Below the pieces are notes generated by a model. It was not told the DNA's origin. It ran no database searches and was given only the letters and a program-made list of their open reading frames with translations. From Octopus vulgaris (lineage: Eukaryota): a stretch of DNA of 64,000 nt. Positions 28,393-41,382 of this stretch are shown piece by piece (the stretch's first letter is position 1; the number at the start of each line of letters is the position of its first letter). The DNA lies in the NCBI GenBank assembly GCA_951406725.2, contig OX597830.1:9486001-9550000 (forward strand), read 5' to 3'. The translations under genes and the position numbers were made by a program.

Positions 28393-30099
28393 TGCAAGTA
28401 TGTATGCATGTATACATGCATACAAACCCCTAGACATACTTATATTTATACATATATGTATGTTCATGCGTATGTATATGCATACGTACATACATACATA
28501 CATAATACACATATACACGCATAACAACATATGTCTGTACACCAGTGAGTGTATGTATCTAGCGTGTGTGTGTACGCGTGTACGTGTGTACGTGTGTGTG
28601 TGTGTACAAGTGTGTGTGTGTGTGTTTGTGCACGTATAATGCTTGCATCAGTTGATTCTTCAATATGCCACATCCCCGCTGAGGCCCCAACTGCTTCTGC
28701 TCGTTTCTAATTGGACTTTGATGTCATCGGCCTCATATATACATCACTTGCTGTATGTTTAATGTTTATTTAACTCCCACTAACATTCAAAACGTGGATC
28801 TCTCCACTCCTCTCTCTCTCTCTGATGTCATCGACATTCCAAAATGTCTTCCCAGCCACATACCGCCCTCTCTCGGTTATCGTACTCTTCCTTCACGGAT
28901 GCTGCCAGTACGAAGACTAAATAACCACCATACCGAAATGTTAGGTTGGTTCCATCTATCTAGATGTTACATATCTATTCTCTAAATATTTTTGTTATTT
29001 TCCTCTCTTCCCAAAATGTATTGTGATAAAGTGAATTCTGATACGTCATTGCCACGTGTAACCGAACCATCTTTGCCTCTTCGCGACAACTCACACTACA
29101 TTATAATCTCTGTCGAATTCTTTGGAATTTAAAGTCAGGTGACTGGTGTCAAAGTTTCGAGAATCTCGTTGCAAGTACTCCTGGCAGAAAATAATATTCC
29201 TTTCCGTCTGATTTCATTTTGATGGGCAGCTCCCTGAAGCTGTTCTACGTTTATCCATCTCTGCATATCACAGAATGGCACTCAATACCCCAATAGTTCT
29301 TAAGGAATTTATACACAGTTCTTCTACAAATTTGAAATGCAAGGCCTATTGAGTGCTTCACCTTGAAGAAATTGGTCAATGAAAGATCTTTATTCTTATG
29401 CGAAAGACCGTCAAATTAAAGGAAGATGTTATCGGAAATCAAACGAATTCACGTTCCCGTATCTCTGAAATCGCATTGGGTTTTCGGTCGATTAATTAAG
29501 ATGTTAATACTTTAGTAGAGTTCTGTTAACAGTTTACCTTCAATCAGGATGACTCTAATAATATTAATCCCGCAAAAATCTGTTCCGTTCGTAACTTCTA
29601 AGAAACGCAACTTGGACCCGTTCTGTATTCAGTTTTTCGATTCAACATTTATCCCCTGGATTTATTGTGACAAAGTGAATTTATATCTTTGGTCACTTCA
29701 GTATAGATAATAAGACAAGTGATTTTAATAATGCTCCTTAAACAAAGTGCATCCGTATGAGTCCTCATCCACACCAAATTCTTCAACTTCTACATATATC
29801 TATCAAACAAGTAAAAATAATATATAGCGTGTTTTTCGTTGCCAAGATGATCAATACCTTTCTATTTCTCTCTCTCTCTCTCTCGTTCTCTTCCTATTCT
29901 CTCTCTCTCGTTCTCTTCCTACTCTCTCTCTCTCTCTCTCTCTCTCGGTCGAGTATCGACATTCACTCACCCTTCCAATATCTCCAAGACAGTTGAAATC
30001 ATTGAAATCACCCACATTTTGCCACAATCTCTACTCCTTAAACCCCCCACAACATGGTCCCTATCATCCCTCATTCACTAACAGTCTGTTAACCATTGA

Positions 30100-30498
30100 A
30101 CCAGGTCCCATGGGCACGCATATTCTCACATATCACAACTTCCACAAAGTAATGCCTTTGCTATAGGCATCACCAAAATCCTTCGACTATATTTGTTACA
30201 AAAAATCCCTAAAGAAAGTCTTCTACCTAATGGCCGCAAGTGGCTCTCATCTCAAAAACTGTAAGATTCCGTTCATATATAACAACTTCCACAAAATAAC
30301 CAAAGCGACATCGTCCCTGTAGACATCGCCAAATCCTTCGACAACATTTGTCACGAGAATCTCAGAAATTTCTTTATCTGGTGGCTGTAAATGTCTCTCC
30401 TCTCTGAGATCGTAAGATTCCTCCCTGATAAATTCTCAAAGCAAACCGATTCCCCCTCCAGCTTACAGTTTATTAACTGATATCTATGTCAAGGTCCT

Positions 30499-30545
<47 letters not shown>

Positions 30546-30640
30546 CTTTATGTAAACGATCTTTTCACTGTCATGTCCTGACACCCTCATCCTCACCGCC
30601 CCCCACCCCGCCGCCACCGTATTTGCAAATGATAACGTTC
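30100..30640 (+). pseudogene. Highly decayed LINE RT fragment
   Basis: VDIAKSFDNICHENL (~30319), QGPVLS (~30490), YVNDLF (~30549), FANDN (~30622): RT motifs in correct order. Confidence 0.6.
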
Positions 30641-30841
30641 TTCGTTCCTCATAAACCTTCTTCGCGCAGAGAAACATCGTAAACTAACCTAGACATCTCC
30701 CTCCACCCTGACATACATTACTTCAATGAAGAGATACCACGAAAGAGCCTATCAATAACTTACTTACTACACTGCTCAACGAAATGTTCAAATAATAATA
30801 ATAATAATAAAAATGATCCTTTCTACTATAGCAGAACGCCT

Positions 30842-31049
30842 TAGTAGTAGTAGTAGTAGTAGTAGTAGCAGCAGCAGCAGCAGCGGTAGTAGTAGTTGTA
30901 GTAGTAGTAGTAGTAGCAGCAGCAGTAGTAGTAGTAGTAGTAGTAGCAGCAGTTGTAGTAGTAGCAGCAGCAGCAGTAATAGTAATAGTAGTAGTAGTAG
31001 TAGCAGCAGCAGCAGAAGCAGCAGTAGTTATAGTAGTAGTAGTAGTAGC

Positions 31050-31084
<35 letters not shown>

Positions 31085-31157
31085 CAGTAATAGTAGCAGC
31101 AGCAGTAGTAGTTGTAGTAGTAGTAGTAATAGTAGTAGTAGTAGTAGTAGTAGTAGA
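30842..31157. repeat. (AGT/AGC)n trinucleotide tract
   Basis: Direct reading. Confidence 0.95.
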
Positions 31158-31619
31158 AGCCAACACACCCACCATCACCACAACCATCGTAGCAGCCATA
31201 TGAACAACAATAACATTAATACCGAACAACGAACTGAAAGAGAAATTCTGGGGACATTCTACAAATATATGGCTGCCAATCACAACTGACCTTTCGTAGC
31301 GACAACCTCGCCCCACCCACCCACTCACTGTGCACCTCTTCCACTTAACCAAGATTGTGCATCTTGAAGAGGAACGTGTTTACAGTTGAGAGTTTTAAAA
31401 AAATCATTCGGTTCTACGCAGTTACTGACCTTCTTTAAGTACAAGGGTGATCTAAGTCATGAGACGCCTCTCGTTTAATTCTGCTCTTACGATATACTAA
31501 AATATTCAAAGAGATTTCCTCCACTTCCCCAAACAAAGAATCGCCACTCTCAGCCAGTAGGCCTCCATTATCTTGCTGATTGTGTTAAGCACGAGGTAAG
31601 CTCACATCGAGTAGACTTA

Positions 31620-31841
31620 TATTAGGTTGGTGCATAATTATTGCGGCTTTTGTTTTCAATAAATGATATTCAACAAATAGGCGCAGGAGTGGCTGTGTGG
31701 TAAGTAGCTTGCTTACGAACCACATGGTTCCGGGTTCATTCCCACTGCGTGGCAGCTTGGGCAAGTGTCTTCTACTATAGCCTCGGGTCGACCAAAGTTT
31801 TGTGAGTGAATTTGGTAGACGGAAACTGAAAAAAGCCCGCC

Positions 31842-31878
<37 letters not shown>

Positions 31879-32279
31879 GTGTTTTTTTAAAAATTTTATA
31901 TATATATATGTATATATGTATGTGTGTGTATATGTTTGTGTGTCTGTCTTTGTCCCCCCCAACATCGCTTGACAACCGATGCTGGTGTGTTTACATCCCC
32001 GTAACTTAGCGGTTCGGCAAAAGAGACCGATAGAATAAGTACTAGGCTTACAAAGAATAAGTCCTGGAGTCGATTTGCACGACTAAAAGCGATGCTCCAG
32101 CATGGCCACAGTCAAATGACTGAAACAAGTAAAAGAGTAAATAATTTAAAGAAAACGCCAGGCAGAAATTGAAGTAGATGGTGAATAAGCTCCGGAATAA
32201 TCATTTAAAAGATGTTTTTGTTAGATGTTGAATAACATTTATTGAAGAAAAGCCGCAATAATTATGCACCAGCATAATA
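31620..32279. mobile_element. Mariner-derived MITE (same family as 5456, opposite orientation) with nested SINE B
   Basis: TATTAGGTTGGTGCATAATTATTGCGGC ... GCCGCAATAATTATGCACCAGCATAATA; internal GTAGATGGTGAATAAGCTCCGGAATAATCAT. Confidence 0.8.
31680..32140 (+). mobile_element. SINE family B
   Basis: Full-length, low-divergence copy. Confidence 0.92.
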
Positions 32280-32639
32280 GTTACATGATATATTCCAAGC
32301 ATGGCCATCCTGTCATTTTAGGTCTGTGTAAAGTCTTTTCATTTCAAAGTCTTTGCTTTACTTGAAATGATGATGAAGCATAATTTGAGGGAGATTTGAC
32401 TAATATTTCTAAAACCACGGTGATGTTTATTGACGATTAAATGATTTAAGGTTGAACAGATTCGTTTAAAATCAGCCTAATGCAGTTATTGACTGTATTA
32501 ACAACACCATAATAATACAAGAACATTTAAATAATATCATTTTCCAACAAAGCGTAAGGTGTGCATTAAATATCAAGAAGAATAAGTTGTATGGCACTGG
32601 TAAATGGTCGTATAAGCTGAGTTACTTAAAGCGGAATCA

Positions 32640-32848
32640 CATCTGCAAGGCTTTGAACCTATGGGTACCAGGCCTTAAATATTCTTGTCGATTACATCGA
32701 CTCCAATGTTTGACTGGTACTTTCTTTATTGGCCTCGAAAGAATGAAACTCAAAGTCGACCTCGGCAGAATTTGAACTCTGAACGTAAAGACGGACGAAA
32801 TGCCGCTAAGCATTTTGAGTGGTTTGCTAACGGTTCAGTGTTCTCGCT
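32640..32848 (-). mobile_element. SINE family A
   Basis: AAAGTCGACCTCGGCAGAATTTGAACTCTGAACGTAAAGACGGACGAAATGCCGCTAAGC. Confidence 0.8.
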
Positions 32849-32865
32849 GATTTACTGGTGTTGTA

Positions 32866-33080
32866 CGACGGGGTACTGAGAAGTTCCTGGCTTTAAGTGT
32901 ATCGCAAAAGGCCTGGCTGGTGGCCCAACCCTCTGAATTCGTTTACAGGGCTTGAAAGAACTGACGGACCGCTGCAATAAGCGTGTGTATCCAAGAAGAG
33001 TGGAATATGGTGAACAAGATCACAATTAAGTGACCTTTAATTTCTGTTAGCCAAAGCCAGGGACTCAGGAGGGTCCCTCG
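32866..33080 (+). mobile_element. Mariner-derived MITE, second family
   Basis: TA-CGACGGGGTACTGAGAAGTTCCTGGCTTT ... AAAGCCAGGGACTC...CCCTCG-TA; internal GLKELTDRCNKRV...EYGE resembles a mariner C-terminus. Confidence 0.65.
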
Positions 33081-33544
33081 TAAATCGTCTAACCCATTCT
33101 TTCAATAGTTGCTGGCCTTGTGCCTGAAACAGAAATCGTTGTTTTTGTTTTTGTTTTTTTCAGCTTCAGTTCAAATACCACCAACGTGAACGTTGCCTTT
33201 CGATATTTGGGGATCGATAAAATACTGTTCCAGGTGAACACTGCGGTGAAGGACATGGACTATTCCTCCCACCATCTAAAAATTGCTTACCATGTGCCTG
33301 AATCAGTTATTCTTATTTGTCCTCGATCTTTGTATTCCGAGTTCAATTCCTTCTCGATCTCGATTTGCTGATTTGGTGCTTAAAATAGGAAACCACTAAT
33401 AGTGGTGGTGCTGTTGTTGCTGTTATTGTTTTTATTGTTCTGTTTTTTTTTGTTTTTTTTTTTGCTAGTACTCTATGCAACACTTGTCAATGCTTATATT
33501 TGGTCGTCATAAGGTCGCTCATCTATCGCATATTTGGCAAGGAA

Positions 33545-33553
33545 CACCACCAC

Positions 33554-33648
<95 letters not shown>

Positions 33649-34413
33649 CCACCATCACACCATCGTCATCATAACCACCACCACCACCACCACCACCATC
33701 ATCATCGTCATCACCATCACATTCTCATCATCGTCATTGTTGTCGTCGATGTTATAAAAAAATACCACCATCACCATCATCATCGTCATCACCATCACCG
33801 TCAAATCGTTGTCGTCGTGTCATAAACACCACCACCATCATCATCATTGTCATCGTCATCATAACCACCACCACCATCATCATAATCATCGTCATCACCA
33901 TCACATTATCGCTATCATCATCGTTGTCGTCGTCGTCATAACCACCACCACCACCACCACCACCACCGCCATCATTGAAGTTGTTGTTATTGTTGTTGTC
34001 GCAGACGTTGTTGCAGCAGCTGCTGTTACTGTTGTTGCTGCTGTTATCAACTAAGCTACTGTGTTTTTCTTAGTTATCTCTACCAATCCGTGCGTGACCA
34101 CCTCTTCCTGTTCAAAGGTGGCTATTATATGTGATATTAGAACTCAATTCGTTTTTGCTGTATTTCTACATAATTGTCTTCGGAGTAGGGTTACATGGGT
34201 GTTCCGGTTACGCTTCTTATGCACCGCCACCCTCACCACCATCACCATCATCATCATCATCATCACCATCATCACCATCATCATCACCATCATCACCATC
34301 ATCATCACCATCATCACCATCATCATCATCATCATCACCATCATCATCACCATCATCACCATCATCACCATCATCATCACCATCATCACCATCATCATCA
34401 CCATCATCATCAC

Positions 34414-34457
<44 letters not shown>

Positions 34458-34710
34458 CCATCATCACCATCATCATCACCATCATCACCATCATCATCAC
34501 CATCATCACCATCATCACCATCATCATCACCATCATCACCATCATCATCACCATCATCACCATCATCATCACCATCATCATCATCATCGCCACCATCATC
34601 ACCGCAATGCCAATGAAAACTGGCTCCAACACACCACCACCACCACCACCACCACCACCACCAACACCACCACCACCACCACCACCACCACCACCACAAC
34701 TACAACAACA
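33545..34710. repeat. (CAT/CAC)n trinucleotide fields
   Basis: 33545-34030 and 34225-34710. Confidence 0.95.
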
Positions 34711-35235
34711 AGCAGCTGCAACTCCCTCACCAATAACTATTTTATTTGAAACATTAACATCAATAATGTGTGTATGTGTTTGTACGTCTGCTGGTGTGTG
34801 CGTGCGTGCGTGTGAAAGCATGTATATATATATATGTGTATATAGGTATGTACGTATGTGTATGTTGGTGTGTATATATGTGTGGGCATGAATATATATA
34901 TATATATATGTATGTATGAAAATATATACACGCACACATGCCCACAAACAGACACACACATATATATACATGCGCATGATGTGCGCGTGCTTTAGTGTAT
35001 GCGTGTATATACCAGAGAGTACACAAACGACAGAAATTTTAGCTACATGCATTTAACGTTGAAATAATGTGTTATTTGAGATATCTATGAATGTGTGTGT
35101 CTCTGTATGTCTGTCTGTCTCTCTCGATACATACACACACAAACATATATGCATATACATACATACACTCATATATATATATGTATATATATATATATAA
35201 ATATACATGTATATATATCATATATATATATATAT

Positions 35236-35268
<33 letters not shown>

Positions 35269-35438
35269 GATATATATATATATATATATATAGATATAGA
35301 TATATACATACATATGTACATATATTTTCACTTACATATACATATGTATATGTATATACATATGTATATATATATACATATATACAGATATATATATGTG
35401 TATATATATATGTATTCATATACATATACATAAATACA

Positions 35439-35495
<57 letters not shown>

Positions 35496-35914
35496 TTCTA
35501 TATAAGCGTACATGCATACATATACATGTTTATATATATATATATACACCCCCATATACAAATACACATGTAGATACATATACATATATATATATATATA
35601 TGTATGTATATGTATGTAAGTATGTAAGTATGTATGTATGTATATATACATGTATGTGCGCATGCACATACACACACACACATGTGTGATGTATACATAG
35701 ATATTTGGAGAATCATGTTTTGACCGACTCTATACTATAATTAAATCTTACGTATATATAATTATAGTTAACAATTAGTCAAAACATGTTTCTGCGAATT
35801 TCAGACGAACTCTCGTGGAAGTCGGTATATATTTCAATCAAAACTTCTGTTTCCACTGATTAGAGAGATGAAATCTATAACACTTCCAATAGCCAGACGT
35901 AACACAACAACTGG

Positions 35915-36585
35915 TATTAATGATTGCAAGTTTTGACACAAGGTCAGCAATTTTGAGGGCGAGGGGCTGGGGTAAGGCGATTACATCGCCTCTAATGCTT
36001 CATTGGTATATATTTTAGCGACTTCGAAAGGACGACAGGCAAAGTTGACCACGGCGGAATTTGAACTCGGAACGTAAAGTCGGACGAAATGCCCGTCGTG
36101 CTAAAGATTGTGCCAACTCGTCGCCTCCTGAAGGTCCAAATTAATATTGATTTCAAATTTTGGCACAAGGTTTGAAATTTCGGGGAAGAGAAAAAGTCGA
36201 TTAGATCGACCCCGCCAATGGCTCAAATGTTACTTATTTCATCGACCCTGAAAGGATAAAAGGCAAAGTCGAGCTTGGTGGAATTCGAACTCAGAACGTA
36301 AAGACGGACGAAATATCGCTAAATATTTTGTGTGTCATACTAACGATTGTGCCATCTCCGGACCCAATTAATATTACCAGTTGTTAGGGCGGTGAGCTAG
36401 TATAATCGTTAGCACGGCAGACAAAATGTTTAACGGCATTTCGTCTGAGTTCAAATTCCGCCGAAGTCAACTTTGCCTTTCATCCTTTCGGGGGTCGATA
36501 GAATATTTAGCAGTCATGCATTGAGGTCAATATGATCGACCCCACCTCAAAATTGCTGGTGTTGTGCCAAAATTTGAAACCAATA
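35915..36585. mobile_element. Three adjacent SINE family A copies (-, -, +)
   Basis: Family A motifs at ~36040, ~36265 and ~36390. Confidence 0.8.
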
Positions 36586-36688
36586 TTAATTTTGTCCAGT
36601 TCTCTACACGCTTCCATTGGAAATCTGAAACTCGGAGAAATATTCTTTATGAAATCCCAGATTATAAATATATAAATATAAAATTAAA

Positions 36689-36838
36689 GGCGCAGGAGTG
36701 CCTGTGTGTTAACTAGCTTGCTTACCAGCCACATGGTTCCGGGTTCAGTCCCACCTTGGGCAAGTGTCTTCTACTATAGCCTCGAGTCGACCAAAGCCTT
36801 CTGAGTGGATCTGGTAGACGGAAACTGCAAGAAATCTG

Positions 36839-36921
<83 letters not shown>

Positions 36922-37125
36922 TGTATATATATATGTATGTGTGTGTTTGCGTGTCTTGTTTGTCCCCCCACATCATCGCTTGACAACCGATATTGGTATG
37001 TTTACATCCCCGTAACTTAGCCGTTCGGCAAAAGAATAAGTCCTCGGGTCGATCTGTTCGACTAAAGGCGGTGCTCCACCATGGCCGCAGTCAAATGACT
37101 GATGCAAATAAAAGAATATAAGAAT
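36689..37125 (+). mobile_element. SINE family B
   Basis: Head, (TA)n(TATG)n internal repeat, tail with small deletions. Confidence 0.88.
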
Positions 37126-37739
37126 TTGAATGTACGATGTAATATTGGGTACTGGCTTCTTTTTTTTTTTTACTCTAGCTCAACTGACTCAAAATATCTC
37201 ATAATATTTATGCTTTAATATGTATAAACGTTGCTAGCAGTAAGATTTGACGGCTATGCGGCGAGCGGACGCCTACCACTGAAAAAAGCACAATCCGCCG
37301 AAATGACGTAATCTGGCAGCCCTGGTGCATATACCAGTCTGTTTTCGTCTGCGAGCGATATATGTCTATGCTCTAACCTCCGTACGTCCATATGAGTGGA
37401 GAATTATGTAGAAATACAGGAGAATACCGCTATATCCAGCAGTTAAATATCACTTATAAGTTAAATAGGGCATAAAGATTGCCTTAAGGTAAAAATACTG
37501 CTTCCGTTCCCAATATTTATTTTTTGATAAGCCTTTGGGCTGTTTACAACACCAGTGAATTAAAAATCACTGATATTTTATATATACGGTTTGCAATAAT
37601 ATACATGCGTGTATGTGGGCCTGTGTGTGCGTTTGTGTGTGTATGCGTGTGTACGAGTGTATGTATGTATATATGTGTATATATGGATTTAAGAAGTCAG
37701 ATAGACATATATATGCATTCACACAAATATCTAAATCTA

Positions 37740-37975
37740 TATCTCATTTGAGGACCCATGAAAAACGAACGTCCACCAACTATTCTGCCCATATAACTGT
37801 GCACACCTTTCATTGCCACGTATGGCATAATATCTGCAATTCTAACGGAGGTCTCAAAAGACATCTTAAGATGCACAAAGATCAGAACTTAACAGCAGCT
37901 CTTGCTTGTTCAAATCAGATATTCAACCTATGTGGGTGTTTTTTCAACACATTGTCTGGTTTAAAAATCTAAGGT
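37740..37975 (+). pseudogene. Decayed C2H2 zinc-finger coding remnant (possibly the 3' end of an RTE-type LINE ORF)
   Basis: SHLRTHE...FHCHVWHNICNSNGGLKRHLKMH...NLCGCFFNTLSGLK; Cys ligands mutated. Confidence 0.5.
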
Positions 37976-38018
37976 GTAGGTACTAGAGGCGGTATAAAGA
38001 GTAGGCAACCACCATATC

Positions 38019-38093
<75 letters not shown>

Positions 38094-38109
38094 ATATATA
38101 TATATATAT

Positions 38110-38322
38110 AGGGAGAGTTTACGAAAAAAACAAAAGACGAAGACAGGTGGTGTACAAAACAAACAGATGTATTAGTATAGCGCTCAGGAATAGAAAAAGT
38201 CTTTTACGTTTCGAGCCTACGCGTTTCGAGCCTACGCTCTTCTACAGAAAGGGACACAGAAAAAACAAGGAGAGAAACAAGGAGAGAAAAAAAAGGAGAG
38301 AAAAAAATGTGTGTAGTCGCTA
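38110..38322 (-). mobile_element. Penelope-like 3' fragment abutting (TA)n; homologous to 61225-61415
   Basis: Shared AAAAGACGAAG-CAGGTGG-GTACAAA...GTATTAGTATAGCGCTCAGGAATAG...TTTCGAGCCTACGCTCTTC; hammerhead-like variant motif. Confidence 0.6.
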
Positions 38323-38643
38323 ATAATAATACTAATAAAGAGTAAAATTAATTAATTAATTAATTAATAATTTCACCAAGTAGTTCGGTATGTTAGAAGA
38401 AACATTATCGGTAAACTTATACAAAAATTCTATAATTATGAGTATAATTATAATTAGAGTTCAGCAAAATTTGCTTTAACACATACCGAAATTTAGAAAT
38501 AGCAGTTAAAAACTACTATTCTACTACTATAAAGTATCTCCCGTTTGGATTCGGAAGTACTGCTCTTTGGATGTATGCTGTTTGATGTCGCTTGGTCAAA
38601 TACGTATGCTAATTATGAGTGCTCTCAAATTTAAAATTTGAAA

Positions 38644-38728
38644 TACCGTACTGATGAGGAGAGTGAGTGAGTAGAAATATGAGTTTACATTTTTCACATC
38701 TCTCTAACTCCGAAACGCGTATGCAGTT
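38644..38728 (+). ncRNA. Hammerhead ribozyme-like motif (type I, Penelope-type)
   Basis: ACCGTA-CTGATGA-GGAG...CTCC-GAAA-CGCG-TA-TGCAGT; palindromic stem-III region ACGCGT. Confidence 0.6.
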
Positions 38729-39836
38729 AATCAAAGCCGGGTAGATTCGTTATTTTTTTCTCTTTACCTGCGTGAGTTGTTGAGTATTGCTGTCCGGGAG
38801 ATGTCCGTTGCACCTTGTAGCAGAAACAGCTGTAAGTTAATGAAGTTCAGAAGATAATCATTTCTTCCTTCGTCATCGCTCTCCTTCTTATCACCGCCGT
38901 ATACTCAGCCAACACTTCGTTCTGAACCATGCGTATATTGAGTTCTACATCGGGTTATTGGACTCGCAATCCCTAAGCGAAATATATATGCGTGTATGTT
39001 TGTGTGTGTGGGTGTATATATGTGTATGTGTGTGTATGTGCGTATGCGTGTGTGTGTATGTGTGTGTATGTGCGTGTGTGTATGTGTGTGTGTATGTGCG
39101 TGCGTGTGTGTGTGTGTGTGCGTGCGTGTGTGTGTGCGTGCGAGTGTGTGTGTTTGTGATTTTTACACGGACACATTTTACTACTTTGGAATTGATTGCC
39201 ATGTGGATTGATAGCCGAGTTCGTAGAAAGAGCTTACTGTGATTCACTGATTCCATATTTTATATTACGTGTTTTATATTATTTTATATATCATTTTATA
39301 TTATTTTTTATTCTCTATTATTTATAATATTTTATATTATGTATGAGTGTGTATGTGCGTGTGTGTGTGTCTGTGTGTGCATACTTGTTTGTGTATCAAA
39401 ATAGGTTATACACGAGGTATTTAAATGGAGTACTTTCAATAGAATGTTAAGGAAAAAGGTGCAGCTGTTGCTCGAGTCTCCGACAGACCATTCTGCTCTG
39501 GGTTATGCAACAGAAGATAAGTGACAAATTACACCCCTGATAAAGCAGGCTACGTCTAACCGTAAACCACAAAACAAGAGCCTTTTAAGAACCTGTTGCA
39601 ATGATTAGATAAGAAAACTGGCGAATCTTTTTGTTTACTTTAAAGTTACTGCAATGGAGGCCAGTAATAGCAGCGATTAGTTCGTTTATCAGAACGACGC
39701 TGATATCAGATGTATTACAGCATTGCATTACATCGTTTTAACTGCTTTCTAATACAGGCATGGGAAAAGAATTGTGATAACGTTGAATTACATATGTAGG
39801 TGTTTTAATGCATTCTGCACACACATACATATGTAC

Positions 39837-39886
<50 letters not shown>

Positions 39887-39903
39887 CCACGAACATAAAG
39901 ATG

Positions 39904-39977
<74 letters not shown>

Positions 39978-40992
39978 TATATATACATATATGTTCTCTA
40001 GTGTATCTATCTATTCATTTAGTCATCTACTTATTTATTTATTTATTTATTTATTTAATTATTTAAGTGTAGATATATACATATATATCAATTTTTTATT
40101 TTAATAATTAATATATGGATACATGTATACTGGTTTGTACTTATATTATGTATGTAATTTTTAATTATTTCTTCTTTTTTATTTTATCACTATTTTAACT
40201 TAAGTATTTATAATTTATTAACTTATAATTAATTTAATTTCTGTTATTTACTTATATTTAACTGTATTAGTTAGTCCCCGGTGCGTTTGTTTATATCTGA
40301 TGATACACAAGAGTATGTATATCTGAGTGTAATTCTATTAGCTCGTAGGTTAGGTTCCTTGTTGGTTAAATATTAATATTATAATGGCACTGGATTTATT
40401 ACGTTGAAAAGATATATATTTACTATAAAAAATTAATCTATAATTTATAACTTAGCGTACATGCGATTATAACAAATTACCGTGTAATCAGTAATCGTTA
40501 TGTTGACTACGGAAAAAACCGGTGTTCACATACTGCGTATACCCTGCGAAAATAACATTCGATGTCGTGATATATAAATATATGTATCTTTAAAACAAAT
40601 ATTTTATGGAAATATATGAGTGGATCTATTTTGTTATTTTGTGGCATGTTTTTAGTTTTGAGAAGCTCAATGCCTGCATGTATAGGATTATACCTCTTTT
40701 ATTATTTATTTATTTATTTATTTATGTGTTGGACTTGATTTGTGGATATGTATGTGTATGAGTCTATGTGTATACATATAATTATGTATGTATGTGCGAT
40801 TGATCTGTGGATGTGCGTGTGCGTATGTGCGTTTCTTGACTAACTAACCGTAAAATTTCTTTTGTGATTCAAATTTTAAACTATAAGCCAATCGAATTAA
40901 TCTAGAATAATCAATATCAAGCGGACAGAATAACCAGACACTTAGATATGTAGATATCCGATGGATGTACTTGGTGCAGACATAACTGTATC

Positions 40993-41029
<37 letters not shown>

Positions 41030-41382
41030 ATTAATAGTAATTATTATTGACTTTTACAGGTTTATAATTTTATGAACTGAAATGTGATTTTTTATTACTT
41101 TTCATGTATAAGTCTGATTTTAATTTAAATGTGAGTGTGCATATATCTTCTTGTGTGGTAGTTTTTAGAACTATTAACTCAATATGTAGAATAACTGAGC
41201 TTATTAATATATATTGATATATATTTTGTTTTATTTTGATTTGTGTATCTTGTATTATTGTATTAATGAATATATATATATATGTGTAGTATTATGGTGT
41301 CTATGCACACGTTTTTATATTTTACATTTTTATATTGATATGTATATGGAAAAAAATTTTTTTCATAATTATAATTTATTAA

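Noticed and set aside
28900-29750. Possible LINE endonuclease remnant upstream of the RT fossil
   Set aside because: Only a vague KDR-like motif; too degraded to call
30723-31352. Mucin-like Thr/Ala or poly-Ser ORF
   Set aside because: Trinucleotide microsatellite with no flanking coding signal
33475-35052. Poly-His, poly-Ser, poly-Met/Val ORFs up to 302 aa
   Set aside because: Open in several frames on both strands because of (CAT/CAC)n; no domain or splice support
40296-40340. CTGATGA-TACAC...GTGTA as a hammerhead (also lone CTGANGA at 53089, 54163, 59680)
   Set aside because: No GAAA box at the required position after stem II
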